64,000 nucleotides of DNA from Alphaproteobacteria bacterium (GTDB lineage Bacteria > Pseudomonadota > Alphaproteobacteria > CALKHQ01): NCBI GenBank assembly GCA_965227515.1, contig CBDDFZ010000002.1, positions 1,280,001-1,344,000 of the forward strand. Direction: 5' to 3'. The notes beneath the pieces were generated by a model. The model saw only the letters and a list, made by a program, of their open reading frames with translations. It was not told the origin of the DNA and made no database searches. A program made the translations under genes and the position numbers. This document shows, in pieces, positions 57,782 to 64,000 of this stretch (positions are counted from its first letter, which is position 1; each line of letters starts with the position of its first letter).

Positions 57782-59266
57782 TCACGAGCACTCAGGCGCG
57801 TCCGGATTGATCCGGCCTGCCTCTTCCAGCGTCTCCTGCTGGTGTGCCGCAACCAGGTCCAGCGCTTCCTGGGCGCCGATCTGGCCGGTGATCGCACGGT
57901 CGAACTGCTCCTGCTGGTAGGTCAGAAGCTCGAAGAACTCCGGAATGTGCCAGACGTCACGCTGCCACTCCATCATCTCCACATGCGCGCGGTTGAACGG
58001 GCCAAGGTCGTTGTAGCCCTCGCGGTTCATGATCGAGACGCGGCCGGACTGGCCGCCGTTCGCGGTGAACGCCCACTGCACGTCGTCGGACAGCCACCAC
58101 TTGATGAAGTTGACCGCTTCCTCGATCTCCGGCTCGGTGCTCCAGGTGGTGACCACGAACGGCTGACCGCCCTGGTTGCCATAGCGCAGGATCGAGCCGT
58201 CGTCCTGGCGCAGGCCGGGTGCCGGGCCGAAGTCCGTCACGTCGGCAACCACGCTGGACGCGGGGTCGAGCACGGGCGGCACCAGGCCGACCCAGTTGAT
58301 GATCGCGGCAACCTTGCCCTGCGCGTACAGGTCGTTCAGGACGAAGATGTCCATCTGGCCGGTCTCGACGGCCGACGGCATGTACTGCAGCAGGTCGAGA
58401 TAGTGCTCGAACGCCTCGACCGCGATATCGGAGTTCACGACGCCTTCGGCCATCGCGCACGGCTGGTCGGTCTCGTCCCAGATGCTGCCGCCGTACTGCC
58501 AGATGAAGGCGTTCACGGCCATCGACGAGAAGTCATAGCCCTTACCGGCCTGGTAGCCGATGCCGGCGAAGTCCTCGGTCAGCGTCTCGCCGCCCAGGGT
58601 ATCTCCGGCCGCGCGGCTGAAGAACTCGCCGATGTCGGCAAAGCCGTCCCAGTCGATGTCCTGCCAGTCCTCGTACGAGCACGGCAGCGCATAGCCATAT
58701 TCTTCCTCGAACGCCGCGCCCTCTGCCTCGTCGCAGAACAGGTCGGTGCGGAAGAAGGTGACGTACGTATCCGGGAACTGCGGGAAGCCGTAGTAGTGCG
58801 CGTCCGGATGCGGGAACGGATGCTCGCGTACCTGGTCGGTCGTCAGGTGCGGGTACACGGAGTACGCGGACACCAGCGCCGGGTGCAGGTCGGCGACCAG
58901 CGCGGCGAGTTCCTCGTCAGCCAGGATCTCGTCGGTCATCTCGCGGTAGTAGCCGCCCTCGATGAACGCGCCGAGCCACTGGCTGTCGGTGATGATCATG
59001 TTGTACTTCTCTTCGCCCGCGGTCAGCGAAGCGGCAACCCGCTCGTAGAACGTCGGCCACGGAATGAAGTCCAACTCGACCGCCACCTCGCGCCCCGACG
59101 GGGACACGTAGTTCTGGTTGGCGTATTCTTGCAGGAAGCGGGTCGGCGGCCAGTCCGGCGCCGCCATGATCAGCGTCACGTCCTGCGCCATCGCCGGCGT
59201 GCTCAGGGCAGTCGCGGCAACAAGCCCCGCCCCCAGCAAACCGAATGTGGTGCGTACTGCTCTCAT
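57782..59266 (-). CDS. Extracellular solute-binding protein (CUT1 family)
   Basis: Signal peptide (PAMA|Q); DSQWLGAF, FFRTDLF and GKVAAIINW motifs. Confidence 0.9.
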   Translation of the reverse strand: MRAVRTTFGLLGAGLVAATALSTPAMAQDVTLIMAAPDWPPTRFLQEYANQNYVSPSGREVAVELDFIPWPTFYERVAASLTAGEEKYNMIITDSQWLGAFIEGGYYREMTDEILADEELAALVADLHPALVSAYSVYPHLTTDQVREHPFPHPDAHYYGFPQFPDTYVTFFRTDLFCDEAEGAAFEEEYGYALPCSYEDWQDIDWDGFADIGEFFSRAAGDTLGGETLTEDFAGIGYQAGKGYDFSSMAVNAFIWQYGGSIWDETDQPCAMAEGVVNSDIAVEAFEHYLDLLQYMPSAVETGQMDIFVLNDLYAQGKVAAIINWVGLVPPVLDPASSVVADVTDFGPAPGLRQDDGSILRYGNQGGQPFVVTTWSTEPEIEEAVNFIKWWLSDDVQWAFTANGGQSGRVSIMNREGYNDLGPFNRAHVEMMEWQRDVWHIPEFFELLTYQQEQFDRAITGQIGAQEALDLVAAHQQETLEEAGRINPDAPECS

Positions 59267-59344
59267 TTCGGTGTTTCCTCCCTCTGCATGATTAGTAGAC
59301 GGACGCCGACGCCGCAGTAATGCGGGGTCGGGCAGCCAGCCAAA

Positions 59345-60442
59345 TCAGCGTATCGCAGTTCCCGTCTCGCTGGCAAACAGGTGTGTGTGCTGCAGATCGA
59401 TCTCGACCCGCATCTCGGTGCCGACCGAATAGGCCAGCGCCTGCTCTTCCGGCAGGACCAGTTTCACGACGGCGCCGTTGGCTTCCAGGTCCAGCACGGT
59501 GACGTCGCCAAGCGGCTCGGTCAGGTGAACCGTCGCATCGAACGTGGGGCCGGCGGCGTCGCCGTCGCGCGGTGTCAAATCGTGGGGACGTACCCCGAAC
59601 CAAACGTCGGTGCCGGCGTCGAAGCCGCCGAGGGCGCCTGCCCACGGTCCGTCGTCCAGGTCCATGAATGGCAGCGAGATGCCGGCACGGCCGTTGCCCG
59701 GCTTCACGCGCCCGCGGATCATGTTCATCGGCGGGTCGCCGACCATGGTCGCGACGAAGTCGTCGTCCGGCGCGCGATAGAGCTCAGCCGGCGTGCCGAC
59801 CTGGCCGATGATGCCGTCGCGCAGCACACCGATGCGCTGGCCCATCGACATTGCCTCCAGTTGGTCCGGCGTCACATACAGCATGGTCGCGCCGATCTCG
59901 CGATGCAGTCGCTTGAATTCCGCGCGCGTGTCATGGCGCAGCTTGGCGTCCAGGTTGGTCAGCGGCTCGTCGAGCAGCAACAGGCTGGGGCGGCGGATCA
60001 GGGCGCGCCCGATGGCAACGCGCTGCTGCTCGCCGCCCGAGGCGGTGGAGGGCTTGCGCTCCAGCGTGTGGGTCAGCCGCAGCATCTCGGCGATCTCGCC
60101 AACGCGACGCCGGATCTCCGCGCGGTCCAGCCCTGCCTCGCGCAGCGGATAGGCCAGGTTCTCGCGGATGGACATATGCGGGTAGAGCGCGAACGTCTGG
60201 AACACCATCGCCATGCCGCGCAGCTGCACCGGCACATCGGTCACATCGCGACCGTCGAACACGATGCTGCCGGCATCCGGCGTCTCGATGCCGGCAATGC
60301 AACGCAAGGTCGTGGTCTTGCCGGACGCGCTGGGGCCCAGAATCGCAAAGAATTCGCCCGGCTCCACGTCCAGGTCGATGCCGCGCAGGGCTTCAACCTG
60401 ACCGAAAGCCTTGGTCACACCCCTCAGTCTCAGGTCTGTCAC
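59345..60442 (-). CDS. CUT1 ABC transporter ATP-binding protein
   Basis: GPSASGKTT, ASGGEQQR, DEPLTNLDAKLR; H-loop reads VTPDQ. Confidence 0.92.
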   Translation of the reverse strand: MTDLRLRGVTKAFGQVEALRGIDLDVEPGEFFAILGPSASGKTTTLRCIAGIETPDAGSIVFDGRDVTDVPVQLRGMAMVFQTFALYPHMSIRENLAYPLREAGLDRAEIRRRVGEIAEMLRLTHTLERKPSTASGGEQQRVAIGRALIRRPSLLLLDEPLTNLDAKLRHDTRAEFKRLHREIGATMLYVTPDQLEAMSMGQRIGVLRDGIIGQVGTPAELYRAPDDDFVATMVGDPPMNMIRGRVKPGNGRAGISLPFMDLDDGPWAGALGGFDAGTDVWFGVRPHDLTPRDGDAAGPTFDATVHLTEPLGDVTVLDLEANGAVVKLVLPEEQALAYSVGTEMRVEIDLQHTHLFASETGTAIR

Positions 60443-60650
60443 TGTCCCCACCGTCCTGACGTAATCGCCGGATGTCCATCCGGTCGTTGGCAGCGCCCCG
60501 CGCGTAAGGTGCCCGGACCCAACAGGAGGAGGTATTGCCGGCCTGGCGCACCCCCATGCCCGGAAACGCAGGCCCAAAAGCGCGGCGAGGATAAGGGCAT
60601 TTCCTTCCCACGCTCAAGCCGGAAATCTGCGGTGCTGGCCATGGGATGGG

Positions 60651-61754
60651 TTAGCTGCGGTGCAGCACGCCGGCGATGGCACGCTCTATGGCCCAGTGCG
60701 CGCGGGCGCTTGCGGCGGCCCGCCAGCGCGGGTCGTCGGGGGCGAATGCCCACAGCATACGCGTCTTCACCGCCGCCGCGGCGGGGCTGTCCATGTTGGC
60801 ATCCGCCGCGCCGCTGAGGTGAAGCCAGGCATCGGCGCGCAGCGCGTTCAGCACCGAAAACAGCCTCCGCGTGCCGAACTCCAGCGCCACGCCGGTGACC
60901 TGTGTGTCGCCGGCCGCCGCCGCGATCCCGTCCAGCATGTCGCCGGTGATCCTGGACGAGGCGCTGTCGCCGACCGCGGTGGAACGCACCTCGCCGCCAT
61001 ACCAGGCCTGCGCGCGCGCCAGTTCGGGCGACCCCGCCGGCGCGGCCGAGATCAGTTCGCCATAGCCGTAAGGGCCGAGCCCGGTGTGGAGGTCGATCAC
61101 CGCGAGTCGCGCGGTCTTGGCGGTCAGGTCGCCGACCAGCCGTTCGACCAGCCGGCGCGACCATGTCGGCGCCGTGCCGCCGTAGAACAGGCCGTCAGCG
61201 TGCGCGTACTGCCCGCCGGTGATCGCGTCCTTCACGCCGGAAACCCCCAGCCTCGCGGCGCTGGCGAGCAGGCGACATTCCGCCCCGATCCGCCGCCAGC
61301 CGCGCCAGTTGCGCGGCGCGACGGCATCGGCAATGCGGTCGTAGGCGGCATTCCGGGGCGCGTCTTGGTGGTCGATGAAGTTGCGATTGAGGTCGACATT
61401 GTCCTCGTTCACCCGCCGCAGCCACGCCAGGCCATAGGGGTTGATGCCGTGGATGCACGTCACGCGGATATGCGCCGGCAGAGGCTGGTCGGGCAGGCTG
61501 TCCAGCCAGTCGCTCAGCATCGCCGAGCCGGCGACACCCTCCGCGCCGTGGGTGCCGGCTACGATCAGCACCGCGCGGTCGGTGTCCGACGGGCCCAGGT
61601 GCGCCACATCGGTGACCAGCGAAGTGTCGCACGGGCCGGACACCGGATTTGTGTGGGCCTCGATCTCGGCGCCGGCGACCTGCGCACGGCGGCGGAACAG
61701 GCGGCGCCTGTCTTCGAATGCGCGCGCCAGGCGCTCGGTCAACGCGGTGGGCAT
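60651..61754 (-). CDS. DUF2817 / M14-like zinc metallopeptidase
   Basis: GTHGAEG, NPYG....RRVNEDNVDLNRNF, DLHTGLG and LEFGT motifs. Confidence 0.85.
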   Translation of the reverse strand: MPTALTERLARAFEDRRRLFRRRAQVAGAEIEAHTNPVSGPCDTSLVTDVAHLGPSDTDRAVLIVAGTHGAEGVAGSAMLSDWLDSLPDQPLPAHIRVTCIHGINPYGLAWLRRVNEDNVDLNRNFIDHQDAPRNAAYDRIADAVAPRNWRGWRRIGAECRLLASAARLGVSGVKDAITGGQYAHADGLFYGGTAPTWSRRLVERLVGDLTAKTARLAVIDLHTGLGPYGYGELISAAPAGSPELARAQAWYGGEVRSTAVGDSASSRITGDMLDGIAAAAGDTQVTGVALEFGTRRLFSVLNALRADAWLHLSGAADANMDSPAAAAVKTRMLWAFAPDDPRWRAAASARAHWAIERAIAGVLHRS

Positions 61755-61820
61755 GGGCCCTCGACGGGGTTGGATTCGGTGCCGGTCAGGATCAATTTTC
61801 CCGTTTCGAATGAAACCAAC

Positions 61821-61855
61821 TTGACAAAATTTGCAACAGCCTGAAAAGTTTTTCA
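61821..61855 (+). promoter_or_regulatory. Sigma70 -35 box (TTGACA) with a LacI-like operator palindrome TGAAAAGTTTTTCA
   Basis: Seen in the divergent intergenic region upstream of the 61970 SBP gene. Confidence 0.55.
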
Positions 61856-61969
61856 CAGGCGTCTTTCAAAAACAGGTCGGCGCGCAGGGTGGGACGGCCC
61901 ACTCGGCGTGACTGGCCATCGGCGCTTGTCAACTAGACGATTGCCTGTGCAATCGGGGAGGAAGCAACG

Positions 61970-63496
61970 ATGTTCAACGTTCCGAAAAACCCGCTCTACA
62001 AGCGCGTCGACCGCCGCAAGTTCATGGAACTGGGTGGCGGGGCCGCGACCATGCTGGGCGCGGGCTCGATTGCGGTCGGCCTGAACTCGGTCATCACACG
62101 CCGGCCCGTGTACGCGCAGTCGTCCGACGACGCGAAGTGGCGCCAGTACGAAGGCTCCAAGCTGGTCTTCATGTCGGAGAACACGCCGCCGTCGTTCGCC
62201 ATTCGCGACACCATCCAGGCGTTCTATGACCTGACCGGCATCGAGGTCGAGATCCTGACCGACGACCTGCCGGTGGTGCAGCAGAAAGTGGGCATCGACC
62301 TGCAGAGCGGCGCGTCCGACTTCCATCTGAACTACGTGCAGGACAAGCCGATCGGGTCGCCGTTCGCCGACTTCTACGCCGACCTCAACCAATGGCTGGA
62401 CGATGACACGCTGCCGCAGGACCCCGAGGGTTACGCCGAGGACGTCTGGTTCGAGAACTTCCTGAAGGCATGCGGCTGGTTCTACGACGAATCGCGCCTG
62501 GTGGCCTTCCCCTACGACGCGGCCGTGGCCTGCACCTTCTAACGTCAGGACCTGTTCGAGCAGTACAGCCAGCAGTTTGAGGGCGAGTACGGCTATTCCC
62601 TGGAATTCACCAACGACACGACCTGGAAGAACGTCACCGACTTCGCACAGTTCTTCAAGGCGCTGCGCGACAGCGGCGAGGATGTGCCGTACGGCTACGC
62701 GCAGCACCAGGGCTCGTTCGCGTGGACGACCCAGCTCGACATCCAGCGCATGCTGTTCGCGCATGGCCGCTGGAACGACTTCGACATCGACGACAAGCTC
62801 GGCTCGAAGGACCCCGGCCCGACCAACTGGGGCGACGAGCAGTCGATCAAGGTGATGGAGGCGTACAAGGCCCAGGCCGACGCCAGCCACCCGGACAACC
62901 TGGCCAACGGCACCCTGGAGCTGAACACGGTCTACCAGGCCGGCCAGATCGCCATGCAGGTGCAGTATCACGAGTTCGCCGCGTCCATCGAGGACGAGTC
63001 GACCTCGGTCGCGGCCGGTGGCAAGACGGCGTACGCCGCGTGCCCGAAGGGTGCGGCGGAGTACCTGGTCGGCGACGGCGAGCTGGTCAATGGCTGCAAC
63101 TGCGGCATCGGCGGCATCGGCGTCAACGGCAATGCGTCGGAAGACCTGCAGCGCGCGGCCTACATCTTCGCGATCTGGGCGACCTCGGCCAACATTCAGT
63201 ACGACGTGCTGAAGGGCCTGGGCGGTACGCCGACCCGCAAGTCGGTGCTGGAGCGTGACGACGTGGTCGCGGCCCGCAATCGCCCGACCGACATGCCGAA
63301 CGCGCTGACGTTCGAGCCGGTGTACGACTACGGCATTCGCGACCCGCACTTCGTGCTGGGTCCGAAGATCCCGGAGGCGAACGAGTACCACATCATCGTG
63401 GCCTCGGGCTGCCAGTCGTGTGTCGCCGGCGAAGCGACGCCGGAAGAGGCGTGCCAGGACATCCAGGAGCGCCTGGACGATCTGCACGACGTCTGA
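61970..63496 (+). pseudogene. Tat-signal extracellular solute-binding protein interrupted by an in-frame TAA (62540-62542)
   Basis: DRRKFM twin-arginine signal; ORFs 61970-62542 and 62684-63496 share one frame; sequence reads CTF*RQDLF where YRxDLF is expected. Confidence 0.75.
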
Positions 63497-63597
63497 TTGA
63501 CACCACCCTTGTGTGGCGCGGGCCCGGCGCGAGCGTGCCGGGCCCGCACGCTTCCTGCCAGTACGCTTGCTGCCCACGGGCTTACTAAACGAGCACG

Positions 63598-64000
63598 ATG
63601 ACCGACACTACGCTTACCCACGGCGTTTCAGAAGCGCGTGAGCCCGCGGGCTCCCACGACGCGACCGCAGGCGACGACGTCGTCGAGCGCGGCGCGCGGC
63701 GCATCGACTATCAGCCGCCATCGCTGAACAAGCCGTGGTCGCAGCGCTACTACCTCTACATGATGCTGCCGGCCATCATCCTGCTCGCCTGCATCACGCT
63801 CTACCCGTTCTTCTGGCTCGTCTACATGAGCCTGCACGAAATCCCCGTCGCGCCCAACGCCGAGGCGGAGTGGAACGACTTCAACAACTACACGCGCCTG
63901 TTCCGCCGCTGGGACGGCGACTACCTGATGGGCTGGTGGCTGCTGATCAAGTACTCCGCCATGTGCCTGGTGCTGGAGGTCGGCATCGGCGTCTTCCTGG
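63598..64000 (+). CDS. Carbohydrate ABC transporter permease (partial, runs off the window's right edge)
   Basis: YMMLPAIILLACITLYPFFWLVYMSL...FNNYTRLF. Confidence 0.85.
   Translation, partial: MTDTTLTHGVSEAREPAGSHDATAGDDVVERGARRIDYQPPSLNKPWSQRYYLYMMLPAIILLACITLYPFFWLVYMSLHEIPVAPNAEAEWNDFNNYTRLFRRWDGDYLMGWWLLIKYSAMCLVLEVGIGVFL

Noticed and set aside
62540-62542. Selenocysteine or pyrrolysine recoding
   Set aside because: The stop is TAA, not TGA or TAG, and the expected residue is Tyr.

Overview
GC-rich chromosomal segment, most likely from an alphaproteobacterium (Rhodospirillales-like, inferred from gene content, CGTC/GTAG REP-type repeats and an EcfG-type promoter). It is densely coding. 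From left to right it holds: a truncated sensor-kinase-like gene, an AEC transporter, TerB and a GlxA regulator; a small accessory patch (acidic T1SS-like protein, Gmad2 lipoprotein, FitA/VapC toxin-antitoxin pair, DksA/TraR protein, REP-flanked low-GC orphan); a long minus-strand run (class III aminotransferase, DUF849/BKACE, TAXI-TRAP, USP, GT2/epimerase/deacetylase, M24 hydrolase, GcvT-type flavoprotein); apt; a 1391-aa secreted acidic protein built of 11 Cys-bracketed repeats plus EF-hand-like motifs; two flavodoxin-fold reductases; a two-component pair; a PRC-barrel protein; urtABCDE with a sigma54 promoter; tRNA-Arg(ACG) with three tRNA-linked repeats; an EPS export module; tRNA-Leu(CAA); and two divergent CUT1-type ABC systems, one with an accessory membrane protein and catabolic enzymes, the other with a binding-protein gene broken by an in-frame TAA. 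No CRISPR array, transposase, integrase or phage genes were seen. Product calls come from motif recognition only; no database searches were run.
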